Assembly: GCA_951406725.2 (NCBI GenBank)
Contig: OX597819.1
Span: forward strand, 53,196,001-53,260,000
Direction: 5' to 3'
DNA length: 64,000 nt
Source of the DNA: Octopus vulgaris
Taxonomy: Eukaryota
Under the pieces are notes generated by a model. The model was not told where the DNA came from, made no database searches, and worked only from the letters and a program-made list of their open reading frames with translations. Positions 27,369 to 41,960 of this stretch are shown here, piece after piece (the stretch's first letter is position 1; each line of letters begins with the position of its first letter). The position numbers were made by a program, and so were the translations under genes.

Positions 27369-28310
27369 AAGAGGGGGAGAGAGAATATGCGTGCTTGAAT
27401 GTGCTTCACACACACACACACACAATACAAACAATAGTTTTTCAAAGTGAAATGTTATCATAATTGCCATTTTATGTCCATTTTTCCATGTTTAACAATT
27501 GCAACATACATAGAGAGAGACATCAGTGCAATATCAATTAGTTAATTATTTTAACACCAACTTTTTCATCACTGTAATGAGGTAGAGTCCAACCTAATTA
27601 CTAGCTGTAATTGCATCTATGGACATTATGTATGATGTAAAGGATATTGTTATGGTAAAATTAGGAAGGCAACAGGTTCTAAATAAGACAAAAATGATTT
27701 GTCTATAAACTGAATTTGAGCCAGAAGTAAAATCACTCTACTCAATATTGTCATCTGTCAATTTCCAAAAGCTAAATCTGACTCCTCTCAGGCACTTTAG
27801 TAAGAAATCCTTATAATTTCCACAGTCCTGATGCTCCAGTAGAAATACAGTCAAATGGCTAATTAGAACCAGTAAAAGGAGGAAGCTTCAAGATTCAGGA
27901 ACCAGTAAACCAGCAATGTTGTGGACAGTTTTCCCTTAAGAAAACCAAAGTACACATGGTTTAACCCATTATTGTCAAAAGTAATGCTTATTTATTCACA
28001 TTGTTTTGAATCAACAATGTATTGTCCAATAGCTCTGAGATTTTGTTGAGGTAACTTAACTTTTAGAATGATATTGTAGGGTTGGTGAGAAACCAGATCT
28101 GACCTATTTGAGCATAAAACAGGTAGATATTTTAGCTGGATATGCCTGGTTTAAATGCTAAAGGATTAACAAGGAAACACATCCAACTTACAAAATTTAT
28201 TTAGGGAAAATGTACTTAACATTGCACAATAGAAAATGGCAGTAGGGTCAAAAAAGAAACAATAGTTTCTTACAAACAATTGACTGAAGTAGTTGCTGTA
28301 CCTTTTTTTA

Positions 28311-29050
28311 CCTTTTACTTGTCTCAGTCATTGGACTGAAGGGTTTAGTTGAACATACTGACCCTAGTACTTAATCTTAAGTCAAGCATTTGTTGAATAA
28401 GTCTTTTTTCCTAAACTACTAAGTTATGGGAATGTAAATAGACCAACACCAATTATCAAGCAGTGGGGTGGAGGACAAACACAAAAACACACACATCTAC
28501 AACAGGCTTCCACATTTTCCTATTTCTTTATAGCCCACATGGGGTTAAACATAGAGGGGACAAACAAGGACAGACAAAGGGATTAAGTCGATTACATCAA
28601 CCCCAGTGCGTAACTGGTACTTAATTTATCGACCCTGAAAGGATGAAAGGCAAAGTCGACCTCAGCAGAATTTGAACCCAGAACGTAAAGACAGACGAAA
28701 TACCTATTTCTTTACTACCCACAAGGGGCTAAACACAGAGGGGACAGACAAGGACAGACAAACGGATTAAGTCAATTACATCGACCCCAGTGCATAACTG
28801 GTACTTAATTTATCGACCCCAAAAGGATGAAAGGCAAAGTTGACCTCGGCAGAATTTGAACCCAGAACGTAAAGACAGATGAAATACCACTAAGCATTTC
28901 GCCTGGCATGCTAATGTTTCTGCCAAGCTCGCCACCTGTTTCCATCAACTGCTTCCACAGTTTCCATCAACTAAATTCACTGCCCAAGGTGCCAGGCAGT
29001 AACACTGAACCCAAACAGATAGACACAAAGTGAGCAGCTTAACTCTTTAT
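28311..29050 (-). mobile_element. SINE family A interrupted by a young family B dimer (28521-28936)
   Basis: Family A tail at 28311 and head remnant about 28950-29050; the insert has two near-identical CpG-retaining units with ggatgaaaggcaaagtcgacc. Confidence 0.85.
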
Positions 29051-29475
29051 AACATATCTCAAATGAAAAGGATTTACATAATTCACATATTCACAGGGAG
29101 GGGTTGGATACTTAGTATATTTTTAGGAACAAAAATGGTAGTAGGTGCCATAATATTTGAGACTACATTGTATGTCATAAGATGTGATTTATTTCTAACA
29201 GATCAAGTAGCCTTGTTGCATAGATGAATTATGAAATTCACACCTTTACAAAGCATTTATAACCATCGTAAAATAAAATAAGAAACATTCTTTACAGAAA
29301 CATAAAGATTAAAAGTAAGAAAGAGGAGAGTAAATATTTAAGCAAAAGAATCAGTGTTCTCAGTCAAAGAAACCCTAAATGAGAAACCAAACACTGTTAA
29401 TATGCAAGTCAGTCTCCTTTCATTAAGTTCATCCGCAGCAACAATCTCACTCTCAGTTACCCACCCACCCACACA

Positions 29476-29548
29476 GGTGACCATGTAGCTCAGAAGCCAA
29501 CAAATCCTCCCATCTTGGGTTTACTGGCTTGCAAGCTACATGGTGACC
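29476..29548 (-). other. 73-nt imperfect hairpin
   Basis: Arms ggtgaccatgtagct and agctacatggtgacc plus inner aagcca/tggctt; 32-position stem, 9-nt loop. Confidence 0.8.
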
Positions 29549-29736
29549 AAAATGTGCCAGTGGAACTTAAAAAAGCACCCATTACACACTGTAAAGTGGT
29601 TGGTGTTAGGAAAGAGCAGTCAGCTGTAGAAACCATGCCAAAGTTGACACTGCAGTATGATGCAGTCCCTGACTCATTGGCTCCTTGTTAAACTGTCTAA
29701 CCCATGCCAGCATGGTGATTTTTTTGTTTTATATAA

Positions 29737-29767
<31 letters not shown>

Positions 29768-30234
29768 TACACACAGTTTTCAATTCCTGTGTAATAACAT
29801 TGTTGGTTACAATTTTCTAGCAAGACTGCTTCATTGCATTACTGACAAAAAGAGCAACAAGGATTATCTGTGTAACTCGGGAAGAACAAATACCACACCA
29901 GGTATTCTCATTTGAAAGTGATGCTGTTCTAGTAAAAGACATACATCACAAGGATACAGTGCAGGCATTTACCCAGCATACCCTGCAGTTAAGTTAAATC
30001 TAGAATCATGCATAGCTAAACAAACTTCTAAGTCACGTAGCTTTGACTGTGTCCATTTTTAGTTGAGAAAGAGCAACACTGGATTTAGCTGGAATATGAT
30101 TATCACAAGACAGGATATGGCAAGTATCAATCCACACTGTATTATCTATTAAGAGTAAACATTGCTTCTGTATACACTGGCCTTCATTTTCATTTTTATC
30201 ACTACTACTACTACTAAGTAACAAATATCTCAGC

Positions 30235-31080
<846 letters not shown>

Positions 31081-31830
31081 TTAATTCCTTTGATCAAGTA
31101 TTGCTTCACCACAACAATCCTCACTGCTCTCTTTCTTTCTCTCTCATTTGCACACACGCGCACACACACATACACACACACGCATGTGCAAATAAAAGAT
31201 ATTAAGATTGAGGGTGGGGGACAATCACTTCATTTTCTACACACACACACAAATGGAAAAACAAAGTGAGGTTGTAAACATTTATCAGAAAGAAGTTCCA
31301 AGAACAAATACGATAGTCTTCACTTCCAAAAGAGAGAGAGAGAAAGAGAAGAGAGAGAGGATAAAAGAACCAATATTCTTGAAAGAGCAGACATGATAAG
31401 AAACTAAAAAATATTGTTAATGCCACACAATCACATATACACACACACAAAGAAGTGTGTGTGTGTGCGTGTGTGTGTGTAGATGACAGAGAGAAAGAGA
31501 GATTTCTACTGTTTACATATGAGGAAGATTTCATGTTTGCATATGAAAGAAAGAGACAGACAGACTTCTTGTACTGGCATCTGAAAGATTTATGAGAGAG
31601 AGAGAGAGATATGAGAGAGGGAAAGATAGAGAGAGAATCAGCTGAGGTGTGGCGAGGTAGTTAGTGTGTGCTAGGAGATAATGTTTGTAGGAAAATACAA
31701 GCAAAGAACAAAGCTATACCCTGAGTCCCTTTCTCCTTCCCAACAACCCACCATATCTGACAAGAGATAATAATATTGATTAGATCCTAATAAACACACT
31801 AAACTGAAGAGAGTAGGGAGACATTTTTAA

Positions 31831-31894
<64 letters not shown>

Positions 31895-34800
31895 GGTTTG
31901 AATAATAATAATAATAATAATAACAGTGAAACAAAATTAAAATTACAATTTGAACAAAAGAGAGTGAAACATAGAAACAATAAAGAAAAATAAATTTCTT
32001 TTGTGTAATTCAACATCTAATTCTTTTCGAAAAGGTAAATAATTTATAATCTGTATCCTCAGGAGAAAATGAAAATAAAAAAAAATTTTTTTTTAAATAA
32101 TTAAAAAAAAAAAGACATTAAAAAGAATACTTTTTAAGAAAAAAGAATAAAAGGGAAAACAAATAAAATGAAAAAGAGAAAACAAAACAGCTGTAATGAC
32201 AGATAATCGCACAAACATATATTATAAATATACATACACACATGTATGCAGATATAAGTTTGTGTGTGCGTGTGTACATATATATATATATATATGCACA
32301 CATACAATATGCATGTTGTAATATATATATGCATGCACCGAAGTGCATGTGTATGTCACACCGCCATCACCACTCCCCAAAAGGACATAACAAGTAGTGG
32401 AAATTGAGCACGACAGTTAATGTAAAGGTAATGCATGTGGTGGTAGTAGTGGTGGTGGTGATGGCGGCAAAAGGATGTAACAATTTTCTGTAGAGGTGGC
32501 AGTAAGATGTGCATGTGTGTGTGCATGTATGTATATGCATGTATGCAATACATGTGTAGCGACAGTGTAACAATAATTGGAGGAATTTAAACTCAACAAA
32601 GGAAAAGATAGCAAACATTCTTGAAAGTAATGAGGATGTGTTTAAGAATAATGAGAGAGAAAGAGAGAGCGAGGAAATGGAAGAATAAGGGAATAAAGGT
32701 GAGAAAGAAAGAGAGAAGAGAGAAAGAGGCTTAGCTATGTTTATTTTTATGTGATTGGTTTGTATGCTCTATTCTATGTATCTATCCATCCAGCTATCTT
32801 TCTATCTATTTAGCTAGCTAACTTATCTTCATCCTCGCCTCAAATTTTTGCTTTCTTTCATCAATGCATATTCTATAATTTAGATTAATTCGAAACAGCA
32901 GCTGCACACACCTACAAAAGTGCAGCTATTAGGAAACAATTGGAAGAAGACAACCAGGAAAGAGGAGACAAAGAAAGTAGAAAGAGATGATGAGGAAGAG
33001 GAAAATGAAACATGGAAGTGATAACATAGTGGATGAAGAGGAAGAAGTCAGAAAGAGGGATAAAGAAGATGCAAAAGAAAAAGAACACAAGATGATGATG
33101 ATGATGATAACAACGATGGCAACAATGACAGTGGTGATGGCGGCAACAGCTTTGATGAAGGTGATGATGATGATGTAAGTCTATAACATGATTAAAGAAA
33201 TGATTTTTCACTTGATAAATGATTCAGTAAGTTCTATTGATTGTCTTGGGTAGATTTATGATTAGAAGGACAAAAGGGAAACCAGGTAGAATCCAGGAGT
33301 GGTGTTTTCAGAGCGAGTGAGATCAAGATATATCAAGGTTAAAAATAAATTTTCAATACTAACTAGAAAGCATGTTTTGGAATCAGTTTTGGTGGCTGTA
33401 GAAGTGAACCACAGCATACTAGAAAAAGCATGAATAGACTTTCTAGATGACTACTCCAAGACTGGAATTTTACATTCCATAATTATATTATTTCTCTTAT
33501 ATTCACCTTCCTGTAACTTGAGGTTGCATGTAGACACATCTTTGCAACCATCTTTCTTGTCCAACAAGGGTAACCCTATATCACTCTACAGCAAGACACC
33601 GGTTCCTGTTTGTTCCTCTATCATGCTTCTCAACCATATAGCCACCTCCTGCACTATTGCTTGTCCCTCAGTCAAAGAGGTCATGTCTTCCAAGTTACTT
33701 GGAGAGATCACTAGTGCTGGTGCCTCATAAAAAGCACCCAGTACATTCTGTAAAGTAGCTGGCATTAGGAAGGGCATCCAGCCTTAGAAACTATGCCAAA
33801 GTAGATGTTGGAGTTTGAAACAACTGTCTGGTTCACCAACTTTCTGGTTCACAATCCAACCTATGCTAGCATGAAAAACACGACATTAAATAATGGTGAT
33901 AATTCGGTAAAAACTGCATAAACCATGCTACACGAATGGTTAATGTTACAGCAATAAAACCAATAGCTATTAGTTCAAGCTTCAACCATTGTTATTTGTG
34001 CATGTGTGTGTGTGTGTGTGTGTCTGTTTGAGTTTAAATTATGTGTGTCATTGTCTATTGAGATGGACACTCATATTCTTTATAATCTGTATGTTCACAC
34101 ACATGTAGGCACACACACACACATGAATAATATGGATAAGAATTCAAGCTATAAGGAGAAAACTAAAATAACAAAATTACATAATACTTTGAGAAAACAC
34201 AAGTAAATAAACTACACAATGTAAATAAACATATGTTAGGGTGACATGTTGTAGAACAGAACAAGGTTTGCTGTGTTCTAACAGAATACTAGCTCTTACT
34301 TCCGCCACACACCCACACACACTTGCAGTTTGTTCAAGGCATGATAAATATATGTTGCTAACATCGAAAAAAAAAAAAAAATTAAATGTAATGTAACCAC
34401 AGATTATAACAGAAGATCCTTGTAATTAAAATTTGTTTCTTTAGATGAGGATGAAGAAAATACAAGACAAACTACATAATATAAACAAACATGAGAAAAC
34501 AGTTGTGCTGATAAAGAAATTATGACAGGAACACATTATGTTCCCATGTCAACAAGTACATAACACGACTGTAGAAATGTATGAGGGCAGGGTAGCTGAT
34601 GGAAGATTTGAGACCAAAACCACAACCAAAAAAAAAAAAAAGTGTGTGGGGGCGACTTAAGATTAATGCTAACAAACAAAATAAATAAATAAACACAATT
34701 TCTACCTACATTCTTCGAGAAAAGAATAGGCAACCAAATGTGATCAAATGTATAAATAAAACATGAAGAATAGGGAAGGGTGTGGAGATGTGTGTGTGTG

Positions 34801-37600
34801 TGGGGGGACACTTGCTAATGAATGTAAAGGCAATGAAATAAAAGGTTGTATACACCACATTTATGATATAACCCCCTTGTTGAAGGTTGCATGTACAGGA
34901 TTTGACAGTGAAATGATTGCGAGAGCCAAACTATTGGTACATTATACATGTAAATAGCCAAGCAAGTCGATGTTGTTCTCATGTAATAGCAGTCAGATGC
35001 TAGGTAGAGCAGGAAAGGGAATAATTAAATGACATAGACAGTATTGATTTATATTGCAACTGGAACGTTAGATTTGGTTCAAAATAGTTTCCAGCACACT
35101 ATGCTTGGTTCAACAGAAGTAAAAAAAAAATAAATAAATAAATAAAATAAATATAAAAAAGTAAGAATAAATAAATAAATGTCCTTACTATTTACATCAC
35201 AGCTAAAGCATACTTTCAATCACACTGCAATCTTATTCTTTATTATCATCATTATTATTATTATTATTATTATCATCATCTCTCCATTTCTCTTCTATCC
35301 TACCTAAACTCCAATTCTATCACCATCACTACCACCACCATCATCATCATCATCATTGCCACTACTACTGCTGCTGCTGCTGTCAGCATCACAACCATCC
35401 TTTGAAATTTGGAAATGAAGGAAACCAATATAAACTGAAAATACATCCACAACAACACCACCACCACTCCCCCCCCCTACACCCTCTTTAAATTATAGTT
35501 GTGCAACATGTTATTTAGAAATGAACATGTAATTACGTAATAAACTAAATAAAATTGTATGCTTTTAAGTCCCGCCACCATTCTTCAACACTTACACACT
35601 GACAGTTTATTTTAAATTAGATTTAAGTGCTATGGCAATATTTAAAAACAGATCAAATGGTAGAAATATCTATTTGCCGTGCAAACACAAGCAAAATGTC
35701 AGCAGTTACATTCCATAGCTTACACACCTGAAACTACCACTAACAGAAACAACTAATTCTACAACTAAAGCATACATAAACATGTAATTCAGATTGTTCC
35801 AATGGCTTATTTAACCTGTCAATAACAAAAGAAATGTTTCATTTCTAAAATTATATGTTCGCTATTATTTGTTATTCTTGTGGTTTACAATAATAGAAAT
35901 GATTTTCAGCATATATTAATGAAAGCAACATACAGACTGATTTAGATTATTAAAGTTTCCCAATTCGTTCATTAGAGCTGAATGCAAGTGCTGAATATAC
36001 ATTGTATTAAATTAATAACTAAAGAAGAAACATAACCTTTTTTTTTTTCTTTAATTATATATTTTTCCTTTTGTCTTTATTTTTATTTTTCACTTTTAAT
36101 ATTCAGACTTAAAATAAACTGCAAGAAATCTTTAAAATTGTGCCAAGATTTTTAATTAAAGAAATAAACTGAAATGAAATAATATAAAAGATCAAGTCAA
36201 AGTGTTTGATAGAAATATAAGAACTGCTTCCTTAAAGAATGTCTTTATACAATTAGATGTCTTTATCCTCCATGTAGCACTGGTATCTTCCTAGCCAGAC
36301 AAATTGCAGTAAACAAATTAAAGGTTTAAAGAATAAAAGTTAAGAATTGTTGTTCATGTTTAACCTCAAGTCTGTCCTGATCCACCAAGGCTTTTATACA
36401 GACATATCCAAGGCTTCGTTATCCAATGATAAGCTACAGTAATGGTGTAGATAAAGGTACCATATTTTGTCACTTATGTATAACATTTACATATCTATGT
36501 GGCTTAAAGACAACAGCAAATATTTCAACAGTGATGTTTATGATCATACAATTAACAGTCTAAACTTTAACATCATAACCATTGTACTTCTAAATTTTCA
36601 AATTTTTCCCCTCCTCAGCTAAAAAATTTGATATAATATTATTTTTATAAAGCTATTACATGCTACTGATAACTTTTACAAATCTATTACATGCTAATAA
36701 TACTAAAATAATAACAATGGTTTCAAATTGCGGGAAAAGGCCAGCAAATTTTAGGGGACAGGACAAATTATTTACTTAAACCCCAGTGCTTAACTGGTAC
36801 TATTTTATCAACACTGAAAGGATGAAAGGCAGAGTAAATCTTGACAGCTTTTTGCCTGACATGCTAATGATTCTATCATCTAACTGCCTTAATAATAATT
36901 CTTTCTACTATAGGCACAAGGCCTGAAATTTGGGGGAGAGGTAGTCGATTACATCAACCCCAGCACTGAATTGCTAATTATTTCATCGACCCTGAAAGGA
37001 TGAAAGGCAAAGTCAACCTTGGCAGAATTCGAACTCAGAACATGAAGTCAGACAAAATACAACTAAGCATTTCGCCCAGTGTGCTAAAGATTTTGCCAGA
37101 TTGCCACCTTCATAATAATGATAATCCTTTCTACTATAGGCACAAGTCCTGAATCTTTTTTGGTAGGGGACTACTCAATTACATCAACTCCAGTGTTTCA
37201 CTGGTACTTAATTTATCAACCTGAAAGGATGAAAGGCAAAGATGACTTCATCAGAATTTGAGCTCAGAACATGAAGACAGACAAAATGCCACTAAGCATT
37301 TTTTCTAGCATTGTTAATGATTCTGCCACCTTACTGCCTTCTTAATAATAATAATCCTTTCTACTATAGAAACAAGACCTGAAATTTGTGGGGACAGGAT
37401 AGTCGATCACATCATAATTTATCAACACAGAAAGGATGAAAGATAAAGTGAACCTTCCAGTACTTATTTTAATTGACCCCAAAAGGATGAAAGGCAAAGC
37501 CGACTTCAGCAGAATTTGAACTCAGAACATAGTGATGGAGGAAACACCGCTAAGAATTTCATCCAGTATGCTTACGGTTCTGCCAACGCACCATCATTAA

Positions 37601-37822
37601 CCCTTTCATTACCAACCCGGCTGAAACCGGCTCTGGCTCTTTAGTACAAATGTTTTGTTTTCCTAAGTTTTGAATTAAAATCTTCTGCCAAACCTTAGTC
37701 ACAATTTATGTTCCTAACACTAGTTAAATGATAACCAAGTTATTTTACTAAATTCTTTGTTATATTTAAAATTAATTGAAAGAAACACAGACCATCTCAA
37801 AATAAATACAGTAACAAAAGGG
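37601..37822. mobile_element. piggyBac-type MITE (family 1), 222 bp
   Basis: TTAA TSD on both sides; TIRs CCCTTTCATTAC and GTAACAAAAGGG. Confidence 0.9.
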
Positions 37823-38140
37823 TTAATAATAAAAAATAATTCATTTTTTCTATTTTTTTTTTTTAAGTAATTAAATAACTCTTTCTACTATAGGCACTAG
37901 GCCTAAAATTTTGGGGTCGGTGGGGGGGTGTAGTTGATTATATTGACCCCAGCGCTCAACTACTACTTATTTAATCACCCCCGAAAGGATGAAAGTGAAA
38001 GTCAAATTCTAACTTTGTGTTTCATCCTTTCAAGGTCGATAAAAGTACCAGTTGAGTACTGGGATCGCTGTAATTGACTTACCCGCTTCTCCGAAATTGC
38101 TAGCCTTGTGCCAAAATTTGAAATCAATAATAATAATAGT

Positions 38141-38595
38141 CATCATTTAACATCCGCTTTCGATGCTGGTATGGGTTGGATAGTTTGATTGGGGACTGGT
38201 GAGCCAGGTGGCTGCACCAGGTTCCAATCTGAACTGGCAGAGGTTCTACAGCTGGATGCCCTTCCTAATGCCAACAATTCCAAGAGTGTAGTGAGTGCTT
38301 TTACGTGCCACCAGCACAAGGGCCAGTCAGGCGGTACTGGCAACAGCCACGCTCAAATGGTGTTTTTACGAGTCACCTGCACAGGAGCCAGTCCAGCGGC
38401 ACTTGTAACGCCCTCGCTCATATGTTTTTGTTTTTCACATACCACTGGCACAAGTGCCAGTAAGGCAACGCTGGTAACGATCACGCTCGAATGGTGCTTT
38501 TTACATGCCAACGGCACAGGGGCCAGTCAGCGGCCCTGGCAATGATCACGCTTGGATGGTGCTCTTAGTGCTCCACTAGCACGGATGCCAGTTAT
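38141..38595 (-). mobile_element. RTE 3' UTR fragment with internal tandem repeats (related pieces about 26030-26310, 26900-27090, 29530-29715, 33690-33900)
   Basis: catcatttaacatccgcttt...ctggatgcccttcctaatgccaac is the reverse complement of the 63740-63890 tail; repeated gccagtc-gcgg-ctggc-cacgct units. Confidence 0.8.
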
Positions 38596-40385
38596 GCAGT
38601 GCTCTCATAATAATAACCCTTTCTAGTATAGGCACAAGGCCTGAAATTTTGAGGGAGGGGGTTAGTCAATTATATGAACCACAGCACATGACTAGTTCTT
38701 TATTTCACTGCCTCCAAAATGATGGAAAGCAAAGCTGACCTTGGTGGAATTTGAACTCAGAACATAAAGTGCCTGAAGAAATGCTGGTAAGCATTTTATC
38801 AGACATGTTAACAATTCTGCCAGCTTGCTAGCTCAATAGTAATAATGGTGGTGGTGGTGGTGAGAATTATTTTTTTCACTACTCAGAATGCAAAAAAATA
38901 TGATGACAATGATGACAACAAAGATGTTGAGATTTAAAATAAGCTTTAGTATTAAAAAAAAAAAACATTCCAGTAGTTTCTATGCCAATGTAAGTCGCCT
39001 ATTTAAAATGGCCAAGTGCAAAGAGCTTCGTCTTTCTGTGAGTGTTTCCAATGTAATTTACTTGATTTAATAGCAGAGAAACAGAACATCTGAGAGAAAG
39101 TGAAGAACTGGCTTCAGATCGGTCTCTAGAGGATAATATAATCACTGGTTCAGTAAGATTCAATAGGTACAATCCTGCAATTTAGGTGGTTGCTTTAGAG
39201 TATTTACTCATTGATTTACATAATGGCATGGTGTATGTTAGCAAAATTAATTCCTTTTGCTGTATAACGTAGCTTAGAATGGCGCTCTGCTAACACTTCA
39301 AGAGACCCATGTTTTCGATATTGTTCTTGTATTGTGTTTCCAATCAAATTTTATGTGAGCGAAGGAAACTTTGTGCATGGAACGAATAAAAGATGTACTA
39401 ATGTTTTGCGTGTGAATGTGCTTGTTTGCGTGTGCATGAATGTATCTGTGCTTATTTAGGTGTGCACCAGTTACAGCATATAGGTATGTATGCATGTGTT
39501 TACAGACGAAGTGTGCATCTTCTCATAAGGCAGGATAAATTTTTATAGGTTTCATGACGAGTAATAATCTATGCAGATTAGGGCAGAGTAATTGACTGAA
39601 CAAAACACATCTACAGAGTGTCAGCTGTCTGTTACAAACACATGCCAGGAATAGAGGAATAAAGAGAAATGTCAGCAGCAAACTGAAATCAAAAGTAATT
39701 GCAATGCAAAATCTAGAATACTCTCTCCAATAATACATTAAAAAAATAATAATGAAAACATTTTAATACCAGACAGGATATACATTCTATTAGTGTACAT
39801 GCATATATTCACTCCCTACCATTCTCTCTCTAATAGTGCCTAAATACAAAATGTGTGTGGTAATAATGAATTCCAAAATGCATTAGGTTGTAAGGGCACC
39901 AGTGAAGATTTTATCCCCAGTGTGTATTCCGGGCATATCAGCAGGACAAAAACCATTTCACATCTAGAACACAGAAGGTGAACAGTGTCCTAAGCTAATA
40001 AGAAACATTTCAATTTCACAAGGCTGCCATTGTTTAGATCAGTAAGATCTTTCTACCCTACATTACCTATTTACAATTATATGGAATGCATTTGAAAGTT
40101 AAGGCTTTTGGCCAGGGAAAAAACATAGCAATTAACTATCAATTTTATTTAACTTCTACTTTAATAGAGATATGGGGAATATAGAGAATTTAAGCCACAA
40201 TACTGATGTCAATTAATCTGATACAATTTCAATGCTTTGTTGCAATTTCATTTTACTTAGATCCTTAATGAACTGCAGAAATTACTAAGTGAAAGTTGAT
40301 GGGGGTAAGGACATCAAAGCTCCTTGTTTTTTTACTCCTTGCAAGATCTCAAGAGACAAGCTTAAAAATTTGAAATAGTTATTTT

Positions 40386-40870
40386 TATCTTTTACTTATT
40401 CAACCAATCTCTTTAGTAGGACATAAACAAACCAACACATGTTGTCTAGTGATGCTGGGATACAAATAGAAATAGAAAGATATACACATATACATATATA
40501 TAAGAAATGCCATGTAGAAAGATGTAGATGCTGGTGTGTTTACATCCCCAGAGTGTATATGTGTGTATGTGTCTGTATAATCCTGTACACTCTGTTAAGT
40601 GGTTGGTATTAGGAAAGACATCCAGTTGTAGAAACCATGCCACAGCATGGAAAAAAGTAAGTATGATGATGATGATATATCATCACCATCATCATGATAC
40701 ACACAGCTGGTTTCCACACAATTTAGTAGACTTCTATTGACCAAATTCACTCACAGACATCAGTCTAGGGCTATGGTGGAAGACACTTGCACAAGGTACC
40801 ATAAAGTGGGAATGAACATAAAACCACATACTTGCAAAGCAAGCTTCTTACCCACACAGTCATGCCTGCA
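40386..40870 (-). mobile_element. SINE family A with an internal opposite-strand RTE-tail fragment (about 40580-40680)
   Basis: Family A ends flank gtggttggtattaggaaagacatccagttgtagaaaccatgcc...gatgatgat. Confidence 0.7.
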
Positions 40871-41555
40871 TCTATTGTTTTATTTTATATAGCTTTTATC
40901 AATCCCAATGCTTGATAAAAGAAGATTACACATATTAATGTACACATAGAATAGAGGAAAATGAGGTGAAGGCAATGAACTGTAAATTTAATTTAAAAAA
41001 AAAGAGAAAATAAATATTTTCCAAAAGAGTGAAGCTTCTGAAGCTTGACAGGGAGCGGTAGGGGGTGCAGCTGACCCTTCATGACATACATATTTTCATA
41101 TAAAATTAGCTGCAGGATTAGCAAATCTTCGTTACTATGCAGACAAAAATCAGTCCATTAGTCAGTCCAGTGGAAAGAGACAGCTGTTGGGAAGTGGTAG
41201 GACAAGAGAAGGATGAAAGTACTGGCAATGAATTAGAATTAGACTCAAGCAATTAAACAATTTATAGCTTGCTGGTATTTTTCTCTTTTGTATATGTATG
41301 TGTATACATGATGTGTTTGTGTTACTGTATGCATATATTTTTGCATACATGTATGTGTGTGCACATGTGTTTAGATGTGTTTATAGCTGTATTGGTGCAC
41401 ACTAAGCAAAGATTATACACACATACACACATATATATATATACATACATATACATCTCTCTCTCTCTCTCTCCATATATATATATATATATATATACAT
41501 ACATATATATACATACACATATACATATCTCTCTTTCTCTCTCTCTCTACCTCTC

Positions 41556-41592
<37 letters not shown>

Positions 41593-41960
41593 CACACACA
41601 CAAACACATAGATAGATAGACAGATGCACACACACACAAATATATCAATATATATCATCAAAAAGATACATCAACATCTTTAATTTAATAGCCATATTAG
41701 TCCTAGAATCCCTTGATTGCTGGATCAATCTCATTTTTCTAAACAATCCACCACCCCATTATGAATGCACGCTATAATGCATTCACAATAAAATATCAAT
41801 ACCAATTAACAGCATATTAAAATGGTGCCAGTCTATTCTGTGACATAATGGCGTACAAACTAAACTAGTAATACTGACAATTTGCACACAAGTGAATACT
41901 TGCAGCCAAAACAAGCACCGTCTGGATGAAGACACATGCACATTGAGACTATATATACTC

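Larger units (their letters stand above)
36718..38835 (-). mobile_element. Cluster of about 6 minus-strand family B SINEs and one plus copy (about 38000-38125), with a nested MITE and RTE fragment
   Basis: Units start (taa)n-tcctttctactataggcacaagg and contain aaaggatgaaaggcaaag...ttgaactcagaac. Confidence 0.85.

Noticed and set aside
32987-33178. Charged ORF (DEEEEVRKRDKED...MMMM)
   Set aside because: GA-rich and (GAT)n low-complexity sequence, no splice sites.
39074-39152. Protein-like + strand exon candidates (RETEHLRESEELASDRSLEDNIITGS; also 26563-26609 and 29821-29901)
   Set aside because: Weak splice sites, opposite to the inferred transcribed strand, no recognisable homology.
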